From NCBI GenBank assembly GCA_017451915.1, contig JAFTNJ010000002.1:7357-71356 (forward strand): a stretch of 64,000 nucleotides of DNA. Direction: 5' to 3'. The translations under genes were made by a program, and so were the position numbers. The notes beneath the pieces were generated by a model that searched no databases, had not been told where the DNA came from, and saw only the letters and a program-made list of their open reading frames with translations. Positions 45,914 to 54,704 of the stretch are shown here, in pieces; the stretch's first letter is position 1; every line of letters starts with the position of its first letter. The DNA comes from Clostridia bacterium (GTDB lineage Bacteria > Bacillota > Clostridia > Oscillospirales > CAG-272).

Positions 45914-46990
45914 ATGGCAGAATTCAGAAAAATTGGTGTTTTGACTTCGGGCGGAGATGCTCCCGGTATGAACGCTTGCATCAAGGCGGTGGTAAACAAA
46001 GCACTTTCCATGGGCATTGAGGTGGTTGGCGTGGTTGGCGGTTACGCCGGACTGATGAACGGCGACCTCATTCCCCTGACCTATCAATCGGTCAACAATA
46101 TTGTGGCACAGGGCGGTACCATGCTCTATTCCAGCCGTTGTCCCGAGTTCAAATATGAAGAGGGCGTTCAAACCGCGGTCAAGACCTGCCGCGAGAACGG
46201 CATTGACGCTCTGGTCTGCATTGGCGGCGACGGAACCTTCCGCGGTGCTACCGATATGACCAATCACGGCATTCCCTCCATCGGTCTGCCCGGAACCATT
46301 GATAACGATATTACCGCAACCGACAATACCATCGGCTTCCACACCGCCGTGGAGACCGCGCTTGATTTGATCGACTGTCTGCGTGACACCTGTGAGTCCC
46401 ACGCCCGTTTGAACGTGGTGGAGATCATGGGACGCGATTGCGGTCAGTGCGCGCTCTACGCCGCTATTGCTTCGGGTGCCGTGGCGGTTGCCATTCCCGA
46501 GGTTCCCTTTGACGAGGCGGCGGCACTGGAAAAGATCCGCACCCTCCGCGCGCAGGGCAAGCGCAGCATGATCGTGGTAGTTGCCGAGGGTGTGACCAAT
46601 CCCGACGGTACTCCCTATGCCGAGACCCTTGCCAAGCGCATTGAGGCCGAGACGGGTGTGGAGACCAAATTCGCCCGTCCCGCGCATATCGTGCGCGGCG
46701 GAAGACCGGTTATGAAGGACCGTACTCTGGCTACCGCAATGGGTGTAAAGGCCGTTGAGCTGTTGGTAGAGGGCAAGAGCAACCTGGTGATGTGCGAGAT
46801 CGATAGCAACATCGTTCCCATCGATATCAACTTTGCTCTGATCACCGACCGTATGTATAAAAACAAGCTCAAGGACGGCGATCTTGACTCCTTTACTTCC
46901 GAGCAGCTTGGCAAGATGCGCACCATCTGCCACCGCAGAACCGAGGAGCTGAAGTCGCTCTACAAGATTGCTATGGACGTTAGCTTCTGA
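45914..46990 (+). CDS. pfkA: ATP-dependent 6-phosphofructokinase
   Basis: ORF trimmed to ATG 45914 (MAEFRKIGVLTSGGDAPGMNA). Motifs IGGDGT, PGTIDNDI and MGRDCG. Confidence 0.9.
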   Translation: MAEFRKIGVLTSGGDAPGMNACIKAVVNKALSMGIEVVGVVGGYAGLMNGDLIPLTYQSVNNIVAQGGTMLYSSRCPEFKYEEGVQTAVKTCRENGIDALVCIGGDGTFRGATDMTNHGIPSIGLPGTIDNDITATDNTIGFHTAVETALDLIDCLRDTCESHARLNVVEIMGRDCGQCALYAAIASGAVAVAIPEVPFDEAAALEKIRTLRAQGKRSMIVVVAEGVTNPDGTPYAETLAKRIEAETGVETKFARPAHIVRGGRPVMKDRTLATAMGVKAVELLVEGKSNLVMCEIDSNIVPIDINFALITDRMYKNKLKDGDLDSFTSEQLGKMRTICHRRTEELKSLYKIAMDVSF

Positions 46991-47002
46991 TCTATATGGA
47001 AC

Positions 47003-47040
47003 AAAGGTCTCTTTTTGCGGGAGACCTTTTTCCTTTTCTT
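47003..47040 (+). terminator. intrinsic terminator after pfkA
   Basis: AAAGGTCTC / GAGACCTTT stem followed by a T-rich tract. Confidence 0.7.
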
Positions 47041-47079
47041 GTTTTTTCGGCAAAATCCCAAGAAAATTACGCTTTCTTA

Positions 47080-47108
47080 TTGACGAAACGCCTTTTTGAT
47101 GATATAAT
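47080..47108 (+). promoter_or_regulatory. tyrS promoter
   Basis: TTGACG 47080-85, 17 nt, TATAAT 47103-08. Only about 35 nt of leader, so there is no room for a T-box. Confidence 0.6.
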
Positions 47109-47145
47109 AAACTGTTGAAGACAAGTGTACACAGGAGGATATGAT

Positions 47146-48369
47146 ATGACACTTTACGAAGAATTAAAATGGAGAGGTCTGATCCAGGATATTTCCGATC
47201 CCAAGCTGATCGACAAACTGAATGCGGGAGGACTGACCTTTTATATTGGCACCGACCCCACCGCAGATAGCCTGCACCTGGGACATTATTCCTCCTTTTT
47301 GATTACCCGCCGTTTGGCCAATGCGGGGCACACCCCTCTGCTTCTGGTAGGCATGGCCACCGCTCTGATCGGCGATCCCCGCGGCACCGTGGAGCGCAAA
47401 CTCTCCGACCGTAAGGAGGTAGAGCGCAACTTTGAGGCACTCAAGGCCCAGCTGGCAACCATCTTCCCCTACGAGGTGGTCAACAACTACGATTGGGTCA
47501 AGGACATCAACGTAGTGGAATTCTTCCGTGACTACGGAAAATATATCAACGTGGGCTATATGCTCTCCAAGGATCTGATCCGCCGCCAGATGGAAAGCGG
47601 CATCTCCTACGCGGAGTTCTCCTATATGCTGATCCAGGGTCTGGATTTCAAGTATCTGCACGAGAACCGCGGCGTGGATCTGCAGGTGGCAGGCTCCGAC
47701 CAGTGGGGTAACATTACCACGGGTATCGAGCTGATCCGCAAGACCACGGGTGACGAGGTGTACGCCTTTACCATGCCTCTGGTTACCGACTCTCACGGCA
47801 ACAAGTTTGGCAAGAGCGAGGGCAACGCGGTATGGCTGGACAAGAACAAGACCAGCTCCTATCAGCTCTATCAGTTCCTGCTCAACTCCGAGGACAGCAT
47901 GGTTATCGAGTACCTCAAGCGCTTGACCTTCCTTACCAAGGAGGAGATCGAGGCCATCGAGGCCGAGCACAAGGCGGCTCCCGAAAAGCGTCTGGCACAG
48001 AAGAAGCTGGCCGAGGAGATCCTGAACGATCTGCACGGCGAGGGCGCGTACGAGTCGGCAGTTAAGATCAGTGAGCAGCTCTTTGCAGGCAACATCAAGG
48101 AGATCCCCGTACAGGATCTGCTGGCAGGCTTGAAGGACGTTCCTCACTTTGAGACCGCAGGCGGTCCCGTGCTGGACGTGCTGGTGTCCTCGGGCATCTG
48201 CTCCTCCAAGCGTGAGGCAAGAGAGTTCCTTTCCGGCGGTTCTCTGATGCTCAACGGCGAGCCCCTGCGCACCATGGACGTTACCATCGGCCCCGACACG
48301 GCTCTGGGCGGCAAGTACGTTGTGATCCGCAGAGGTAAGAAGAAGTACTACCTCGGCGAACTGGTATAA
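47146..48369 (+). CDS. tyrS: tyrosine--tRNA ligase
   Basis: ORF trimmed to ATG 47146 after AGGAGG. HIGH-type motif DSLHLGH, KMSKS-type KFGKS, and a C-terminal S4 domain. Confidence 0.9.
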   Translation: MTLYEELKWRGLIQDISDPKLIDKLNAGGLTFYIGTDPTADSLHLGHYSSFLITRRLANAGHTPLLLVGMATALIGDPRGTVERKLSDRKEVERNFEALKAQLATIFPYEVVNNYDWVKDINVVEFFRDYGKYINVGYMLSKDLIRRQMESGISYAEFSYMLIQGLDFKYLHENRGVDLQVAGSDQWGNITTGIELIRKTTGDEVYAFTMPLVTDSHGNKFGKSEGNAVWLDKNKTSSYQLYQFLLNSEDSMVIEYLKRLTFLTKEEIEAIEAEHKAAPEKRLAQKKLAEEILNDLHGEGAYESAVKISEQLFAGNIKEIPVQDLLAGLKDVPHFETAGGPVLDVLVSSGICSSKREAREFLSGGSLMLNGEPLRTMDVTIGPDTALGGKYVVIRRGKKKYYLGELV

Positions 48370-48379
48370 ATGAAATAAA

Positions 48380-48418
48380 GAAGCGTCCATACGGCAAGTA
48401 TGGACGCTTCTTGTTGTT
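48380..48418. terminator. bidirectional terminator between convergent genes
   Basis: 13-bp stem GAAGCGTCCATAC / GTATGGACGCTTC. Confidence 0.8.
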
Positions 48419-48950
48419 ATTCTTGTTCTTTCATTTTCGGGGTGCGGTCGTAGCGGTACATGGAAATGCCAAGGGACACCATGGAGAGAATGTCCCCCAC
48501 GCAGGAGCCGTAGGCGCCGCTGAGAAAATTGTAGGCCAGCCAGAAGGGAGAGCCCAGAATCGAGAGCCGCCGCACGTTGCGTTCCTTCTCAAACCAAAAG
48601 GCGTTGATGTGGCAAAGCACGCCAACAATGGGGAGGACGCCCAGGGGATCCTTGGTCAGGATCTGTACGTAGATTCCCGAGCCCAGAATCAGGACGTTGA
48701 CCGCCGCAATCACGATCCAAAGGTGCTTTTTTATAAAGGGCGTGTTTTTCCGTCCTGCCACTACGGTGGAGATGGCACCCGCAACGTCCAGCACCGCTCC
48801 CGAAAACGCCCCCAGCAGCAGATACTGCAGGATATAGAGCAAACGGGAGGTCAGATTCAGGAGCAGAATGTTCTTCTTTTTCTTTTGCAGGTAGCCCAGC
48901 ATGTAAAAGAAGACGGCCAAAAGACCTATGGCAAGTGCGAGATAATTCAT
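48417..48950 (-). CDS. YgjV-family inner membrane protein
   Basis: 177 aa with about 5 TM helices. N-terminus is similar to the YgjV family (LGYLQKKKKNILLLNLTSRLLYILQY). Confidence 0.55.
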   Translation of the reverse strand: MNYLALAIGLLAVFFYMLGYLQKKKKNILLLNLTSRLLYILQYLLLGAFSGAVLDVAGAISTVVAGRKNTPFIKKHLWIVIAAVNVLILGSGIYVQILTKDPLGVLPIVGVLCHINAFWFEKERNVRRLSILGSPFWLAYNFLSGAYGSCVGDILSMVSLGISMYRYDRTPKMKEQE

Positions 48951-50410
48951 TCCATCTCCTTTATATCTGCGTCCGCAGGCAGAAAGTCACCAAAGGTCAA
49001 AAGCAGAGGAGAATCGGTCAGGGGAATGTTTGTCAGCTCCACGCAACCGTTGCCCTTGTCGACCCACATCTTTTCGGGAATCGAATAAATGCTGCCGTCG
49101 GCCAGGTCGATCAGTCGAACCCGGGTCAGATCCAGCGCGGCCACCTCAAAGGAGATGGTGCCGGCGTAGGTGGTGGAAAGGATCTGGGTGGAGTTCCAGT
49201 AGGCCAGAGCCGCGCCACCGCCCGGACGGCGGAAGCCGTACATACAAACCGTACGGTCGGTGCAGTCGGTGTCGTGGACCCAGCGGGAGGCCTTGACCGT
49301 GCGGCGAATGGGAAGATCTACGGAGGTAAAGTCTCCGCGGAAGATCTCGCAGAGCACCTGCATGGTGCGGAAGGAGGGCTTGGGACGGTATTCTCCGGTG
49401 GCCACGCCGTTCTCGTCAAAGTCGGCACTCAAAAGACCAAAGTAGCCGTAGTCCAGATAGGTGTTCACATGGCCCACCTTGCCAAACTGGGCTTCGATCA
49501 TATCCACGGTGGTAAAATAGGAGCTGAAGAGCACGCCGCCCGCCAGATCGTGCAGGGTGCCGCGCAGGAGGTATTTGACCTGCTTGGCGGTATCCCAGGC
49601 ACAGCTGTGCATGGCTCCGGCTCCGTCGCCCCGGGTCTGGGCACCGGCTTCTCCCTGGATCAGAGCGATCTTCGGATTGTATTGGTCCACCAGGGCGCGG
49701 AGGGTGCGGATGAAGGTGGGGCGCAGAGTATCGTCAATGGCGTAGACGTGGAAGGTGACCGCGTCGATCACGTCTCCCATGCCCTGCTGGAAGGCGGTGC
49801 TGATATAGGTGAGGTCGTAGGAGTGGGAGACTGCCAGTCCCATGATCTTGGCCTCGGGATTGGCGTTGCGGATCACCTTGGCGGTGGCCACGCAAAAGGC
49901 ACCGTACTCGGCGGCGTTGGGGGTGTGGGTATCCACGTCCCAGGAGTGTCGCCAGGCATACTTCATATCCGGCTCGTTCCAGATCTCAAACCAGCGCACC
50001 CGTCCCGCAAAGTGACGCACCGTGGCGTCCACGTAATTGCGCCAGCCCTCGCGCTCCTCCTCGGTTTCGATGGGAGGACAGCCGACGGCACCAAAAATGG
50101 GGGCGGCGTGGGCGGAATAGAGGGGATTGCCGTAGCACAAACAGATCCAGGGCTCGGTTCCTCTGGCAATGAGATTATCTACAATGTCGTCCAGCCACTC
50201 AAAATGGTACACGCCCTTCTCGGTCTCGGTGCGTGCCCAGCCCGATTGGATCCGTACCCAATGCACCCCCAGGTTGCCTACCGGGTCGTAGGCCTTTTCG
50301 GGGTGAAAAACACCGCGATCCAGCTTTTCAAAGCCAACGCCAATGCGTTCTGCGCGGTGGGTGCCTGCGTGCTCCAGGGAGAGGACTCCCGTTTTTATCA
50401 ATCGTTCCAT
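48947..50410 (-). CDS. clan GH-A (TIM-barrel) glycoside hydrolase, GH39/GH5-like
   Basis: Acid/base motif FEIWNEPD and candidate nucleophile in IQGEAG. No signal peptide. The exact GH family could not be determined by eye. Confidence 0.5.
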   Translation of the reverse strand: MERLIKTGVLSLEHAGTHRAERIGVGFEKLDRGVFHPEKAYDPVGNLGVHWVRIQSGWARTETEKGVYHFEWLDDIVDNLIARGTEPWICLCYGNPLYSAHAAPIFGAVGCPPIETEEEREGWRNYVDATVRHFAGRVRWFEIWNEPDMKYAWRHSWDVDTHTPNAAEYGAFCVATAKVIRNANPEAKIMGLAVSHSYDLTYISTAFQQGMGDVIDAVTFHVYAIDDTLRPTFIRTLRALVDQYNPKIALIQGEAGAQTRGDGAGAMHSCAWDTAKQVKYLLRGTLHDLAGGVLFSSYFTTVDMIEAQFGKVGHVNTYLDYGYFGLLSADFDENGVATGEYRPKPSFRTMQVLCEIFRGDFTSVDLPIRRTVKASRWVHDTDCTDRTVCMYGFRRPGGGAALAYWNSTQILSTTYAGTISFEVAALDLTRVRLIDLADGSIYSIPEKMWVDKGNGCVELTNIPLTDSPLLLTFGDFLPADADIKEME

Positions 50411-50500
50411 AATAGAACCGTCCTTTGCTTTGATTTCGCCTTATTATAGCACGCCCGGAAGAAAAAAACAAGGGGAGAATCTGCAAAATTAGCAGTAAAA

Positions 50501-50950
50501 TTAAATTCAGCCACCACTTTGAAGTGGTGGCTTTTTTTAAAACGAAAACCACCGGCAGTGCCGGTGGTACCAAAAAGCTTTCGCTTTGCCGAGGTTATTT
50601 ATCCGAGCAAAGCGAGGAGTCAAGTAGCCTTCTCCTGCGGGAGAAGGGGCACCGCGGCGGGGTTCCCCGAAGCGAGCTTGCGAGCTTTGGGGGTTCTCGC
50701 GTTAGCGGTGGATGAGGAGTTACTTTTCGTTATCGTTAAGGACACCTCATCCGGCACTTGTCGCTTGCGACATATGACACCATTCCCCCACTGGGGAAGG
50801 CTTGGGTTAGATATGGGCCACATCTGTGGCGGTGGGGCAATTGCCGCAAGTGGCGGAGTGTTCGACGAGCCTATAGGCTCTGCGTGTGGAATGCCCCAAG
50901 GGGGCTTGTGCAAGCCACCAGTACGGCTGGTGATCATGACTACATGCAGA
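50501..50950. repeat. noncoding array of at least 12 different short GC-rich hairpins
   Basis: Examples are GCCACCAC/GTGGTGGC (50501-22, followed by T7), ACCACCGGC/GCCGGTGGT (50539-59) and CCTTCTCC/GGAGAAGG (50619-38). Others are GGATGAGG/CCTCATCC (50701-43), TTCCCC/GGGGAA (50774-89), GAGCC/GGCTC (50858-71) and CACCAG/CTGGTG (50907-23). Confidence 0.6.
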
Positions 50951-50974
50951 AAGCAAAGAAAACGGCCCCGCACG
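50942..50974 (-). terminator. terminator of the XRE gene
   Basis: GCCCCGC / GCGGGGC hairpin, followed on the minus strand by CGTTTTCTTTG. Confidence 0.65.
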
Positions 50975-51003
50975 AGGCGGGGCGAAAAAGCATTCGAGTC
51001 AGC

Positions 51004-51870
51004 TTAATGTTGGGTCAGTGCTAAAAACTCACCACAACCGAATCCTGCTTCATTATGAATGAGTCTCTCAATCAATCGGAAAGTTACGGCGGTTTCAACC
51101 GCTTTGACTTTGTGGAGTAGATAATGTGCTCCGTTATTCGTTTCCAGTTCTACGATGTGCAGAGATATCAATTTTTCCAAAGCTTCCAATACATCCTCTG
51201 TGGAAATTCCAATGGAACGGGATAATTCATTTGGCTCAATATCGATTGTAAAGTATTCGGGGTCTTTACAGTCAAACGGTGCCGAACTCTGAAAATACTC
51301 GTTGCAAATATGTGAAAGAACTTGTCTTACATTTGCATCCGATAACTTCTTAATACCAGATGCAACTTCCGGCTTTTCAAATATTGAACCGATATCAGTC
51401 GGTGTCATACCGGAATCAATCACGGTGAGAGCATTAGAAATAAAGGTGGCGCCTGTGGTGTCGGATAAACAACATATTGTGTAAAACTGCTTTATTCGGT
51501 CGTACTTTTTCGTAGAAGGATTCTGTTCTGCTTTCAAAAAATCCCATGAATTACAATTCACTAAATTCGTTTGATTGCACAGGGAGTCAATTATGATCGC
51601 TTGTGCAGCTTTTGGGAAATCGTGAACAGCATCCATATTGAAAACGTGCGATTCCTCCTGTATGGATGGAACGATTCGTTCCGTAAACAAATCATCTAAG
51701 GTGACATCAAGTGCGGTAGCGATTCGAGGAAGTATCATTACATCCGGCATAGAGATTTCCAATTCCCATTTTGATATCGCCTGATTGGTTACGCCGAGTC
51801 GTTGCCCTAATTCCTCTTGCGTATATCTTTTTCTTTTTCTGAAATAAGCAATATTCTTTCCCATTGACAT
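51004..51870 (-). CDS. XRE-family HTH protein with an uncharacterised ~220-aa C-terminal domain
   Basis: HTH YTQEELGQRLGVTNQAISKWELE. AGGAGGAG lies before the ATG. Visibly more AT-rich than the surrounding genes. Confidence 0.75.
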   Translation of the reverse strand: MSMGKNIAYFRKRKRYTQEELGQRLGVTNQAISKWELEISMPDVMILPRIATALDVTLDDLFTERIVPSIQEESHVFNMDAVHDFPKAAQAIIIDSLCNQTNLVNCNSWDFLKAEQNPSTKKYDRIKQFYTICCLSDTTGATFISNALTVIDSGMTPTDIGSIFEKPEVASGIKKLSDANVRQVLSHICNEYFQSSAPFDCKDPEYFTIDIEPNELSRSIGISTEDVLEALEKLISLHIVELETNNGAHYLLHKVKAVETAVTFRLIERLIHNEAGFGCGEFLALTQH

Positions 51871-52039
51871 AATAGGCTCCTCCTTCTCTTGGATGATTAT
51901 ATTATAGCATATTTACGATAAAAGGTAAAGCGATTCGTTGGATACTTCGAGTTTTAATTCGTAATAAAAATCACTGTTTGGTTGGAAAGAAGACATGCAA
52001 TTGATGACTATAATACCAGATTAAAAAAGTTTTTTCCGA

Positions 52040-52330
52040 CGCTTGTGTCTGGGACAAGCATAGCGCGTGACTGGCCACTGCGCCAACTCGGGTAGATGTC
52101 CAAACTCACTATCAGCAAAAGTACCGCGCACAAAAGCCTTCCTCCGGGAGGAAGGGGGACCACGAAGTGGTGGAAGGAGCCCGCGAGACTTTAAGCTTAA
52201 GCGAGTTTTTATTGTAACGCGCGCTCTCTCAGTCAGCTGCGCTGACAGCTCCCTCCCGGAGGGATCCTTTCGTAAGTTCGCGCCGACAAAAATACCACCA
52301 AAGAAAATTCTTCGGTGGTGTTAGTTATTT
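52040..52330. repeat. noncoding cluster of GC-rich palindromes and hairpins
   Basis: CCTTCCTCC-G-GGAGGAAGG (52137-55), CCAC-GAAG-GTGG, GTCAGC-TGC-GCTGAC (52232-46), CCCTCC-C-GGAGGG (52251-63) and ACCACCAAAG...CTTCGGTGGT (about 52294-52319). Confidence 0.55.
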
Positions 52331-52368
52331 CTTCGCTAAAGATGCATAGCAGAAGGGCTTTTTTATTT

Positions 52369-53247
52369 TCATAGGAACAGCTTTTGCAGCCGCTTGCAGG
52401 TGTCGGGGGCGGGGGGGCAGAGGGGCAAACGGTATTCGGGAGCGCAAATTCCAAGGAGGGAGGCCACGTATTTGACGGGAATGGGATTGACCTCCCAAAA
52501 GAGTGCCCTTTGCTTTGTAAGCAGTCCCCGCGCTCTCTGCTCGGCCAGACGGAGGTTTTGTTGAACGAATAAGCGGTAGATCTCGTTCATTTCCAGGGGG
52601 AACAGGTTGGAGCAGACCGATACCAGCCCCACGGCTCCCAGCTTGAGGGCGGGGAGGAATTGGTCGTCATTGCCGGCGTAGACGTCCAGATCGTCGCGGC
52701 ATTCGGAGACCAGTGCCTCCAAAAGACCCAGATCTCCCGAGGCCTCCTTTACTCCCACAATGGTGGGATGCTTGGCCAGGGCGCGGTATTCCTCCATGGT
52801 CAGGGAAACGCCGGTGCGGGAGGGGACGTTGTAAAGGATGAGGGGGCGGTTGGCGGCGTTGGCAATGGCATTGTAGTGGAGCAGAAGCCCCTGGTGGGAG
52901 GCCTTGTTGTAGTAGGGGGTGACTGCCAAAAGACCGTCGGCTCCTGCCTCGCAGGCGTTTTGAGCCAGCTCCACAGCGCGGGCGGTGGAGTTGGAGCCGC
53001 AGCCCGCCAAAAGGGGGAGGCGTCCGCCGATGCGCTCCTTGGCAAAGGCGATGAGGTCGTGATGCTCGGCGTAGGTCAGGGTGGCACCCTCGCCGGTGGT
53101 TCCGGCCACCACCAGGGCATCCACGCCCCCGGCGATCTGGGTCTCAATCAGGGCGGCAAAGGCATCGTAATCCACGTTGCCGTTGCGAAAGGGGGTGATC
53201 AGGGCGGTGGCGACCCCGTGAAAGAGAGTTGGCTTGTGAAGACTCAT
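52369..53247 (-). CDS. dapA: 4-hydroxy-tetrahydrodipicolinate synthase
   Basis: ORF trimmed to the ATG after GGAAGGAG (MSLHKPTLFHGV...). Motifs GTTGEG and YNVPSRTG. Confidence 0.9.
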   Translation of the reverse strand: MSLHKPTLFHGVATALITPFRNGNVDYDAFAALIETQIAGGVDALVVAGTTGEGATLTYAEHHDLIAFAKERIGGRLPLLAGCGSNSTARAVELAQNACEAGADGLLAVTPYYNKASHQGLLLHYNAIANAANRPLILYNVPSRTGVSLTMEEYRALAKHPTIVGVKEASGDLGLLEALVSECRDDLDVYAGNDDQFLPALKLGAVGLVSVCSNLFPLEMNEIYRLFVQQNLRLAEQRARGLLTKQRALFWEVNPIPVKYVASLLGICAPEYRLPLCPPAPDTCKRLQKLFL

Positions 53248-53407
53248 GGGGATTCTCCTTCCCAAAAATGGTTCAAAAATATTTTCGTGTGTTTACAAAT
53301 AGCGGTTGAAAACCCGGGGAAGATATGATAAAATAGAGGACAATAAGAGCGGTTCCCATAGCAGAATATGCGTGTGAGGACCAAAAGTTACAAAAAGGGA
53401 TAGAGAC

Positions 53408-54487
53408 ATGAACAACGCCATTATCAACGAAAAGCCCATAACCGATCTGAAAACCTCGGATTTTTACTACGATCTGCCCCAGGAGCGGATCGCCCAGCAC
53501 CCCATGGAGAAGCGGGACGAATCCCGCCTGATGGTGTTGGACCGAAAGAACGGGACCCTGGAGCACAAGCAGTTTTTTGATATTCTGGACTACCTGAATC
53601 CCGAGGACGTGCTGGTGATCAACGATTCCAAGGTGATCCCCGCGCGCCTGTACGGACACGCCGAGGGACGGGAGGAGGCCGCCGTGGAGCTACTTCTTCT
53701 GCGTCAGCGGGAGCTGGACACCTGGGAGTGTCTGGTCAAGCCCGGCAAGCGTGCCCGCATTGGTATGAAGAGCATCTTTGGCAACGGAGCTTTGGTGGGC
53801 GAGGTGATCGACATTGTGGAGGAGGGCAACCGCCTGATCCGCTTTTCCTACGATCATGAAAAATACGCCAATATTTACGAGATCCTGCAGGTCATCGGCC
53901 TGATGCCCCTGCCGCCCTATATCACCGAGCAGCTCAAGGACAACGACCGCTACCAAACAGTCTATGCCCGGGAGGAGGGCTCGGCGGCAGCGCCCACGGC
54001 GGGATTGCATTTTACCCCCGAGCTGTTGCAGAAGATCAAGGAAAAGGGCGTTGCCATCGCCCCGGTTATGCTTCACGTGGGACTTGGCACCTTCCGCCCC
54101 GTGAAAGCCGACAACATTAACGACCATATCATGCACACCGAGTTTTTCTCGGTGCCCGAAGAAAGCGCGCGAATCATCAACGAGCGAAAGGCCAAGGGGG
54201 GACGCTTGATCTGCGTGGGAACCACCTCCTGCCGCACCATCGAGTCGGTGGCAGAGGAGAACGGACACATTCCCGCCATGAGCGGCGACACGGGGATCTT
54301 CATCTATCCCGGCTACCGCTTTAAGGCGGTGGACGCCCTGATCACCAATTTCCATCTGCCCGAAAGCACCCTTCTCATGTTGGTGTCGGCCTTCTACAAC
54401 CGGGAAAAGGTGATGGAGGCCTATCACACGGCGGTGGAGGAGGAGTATCGGTTCTTCAGCTTCGGCGACGCGATGTTTATAGAATAA
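53408..54487 (+). CDS. queA: S-adenosylmethionine:tRNA ribosyltransferase-isomerase
   Basis: Motifs [28 protein letters not shown] and RFFSFGDAM. Confidence 0.9.
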   Translation: MNNAIINEKPITDLKTSDFYYDLPQERIAQHPMEKRDESRLMVLDRKNGTLEHKQFFDILDYLNPEDVLVINDSKVIPARLYGHAEGREEAAVELLLLRQRELDTWECLVKPGKRARIGMKSIFGNGALVGEVIDIVEEGNRLIRFSYDHEKYANIYEILQVIGLMPLPPYITEQLKDNDRYQTVYAREEGSAAAPTAGLHFTPELLQKIKEKGVAIAPVMLHVGLGTFRPVKADNINDHIMHTEFFSVPEESARIINERKAKGGRLICVGTTSCRTIESVAEENGHIPAMSGDTGIFIYPGYRFKAVDALITNFHLPESTLLMLVSAFYNREKVMEAYHTAVEEEYRFFSFGDAMFIE

Positions 54488-54502
54488 ATGAAAAACCACA
54501 CT

Positions 54503-54550
54503 GTAGGGGCGACCATCGGTCGTCCGCGGACGTGCAATGCACGCCCCAAC
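54503..54550 (+). repeat. GTAGGGGCG...CGCCCC multi-hairpin element
   Basis: The outer arms enclose mini-hairpins GACC-ATC-GGTC, CGTCC-GC-GGACG and GTGCA-A-TGCAC. It starts 16 nt after the queA stop. Confidence 0.55.
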
Positions 54551-54592
54551 GAAAGAATTTTCACAATGTTTATGCAAAAAAATCTCAACCTG

Positions 54593-54621
54593 TTGACAAA
54601 ATGATTTCTTCATGGTACAAT
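54593..54621 (+). promoter_or_regulatory. promoter with an extended -10
   Basis: TTGACA 54593-98, 17 nt, TG-G-TACAAT (54613-21). Confidence 0.65.
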
Positions 54622-54704
54622 AATCTTGCGAATGGGGGACGGCACCCATAACAAAAAACGGAATTCGCAAAAAATGCAAATAAAATGCAAGGGGGAAGAC
54701 ACCC

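Noticed and set aside
47040-47145. An expected T-box leader upstream of tyrS.
   Set aside because: The promoter (47080-47108) leaves only about 35 nt of leader. There is no AGAGA, distal-loop or T-box sequence and no terminator.
50519-51007. ORFs across the hairpin arrays (50519..51007 +, 50620..50973 -, 52067..52324 +, 52233..52454 -).
   Set aside because: They have no RBS, and their Arg/Gly/Pro-rich translations are produced by back-to-back palindromes. ORFs occur on both strands, as expected for palindromic DNA.
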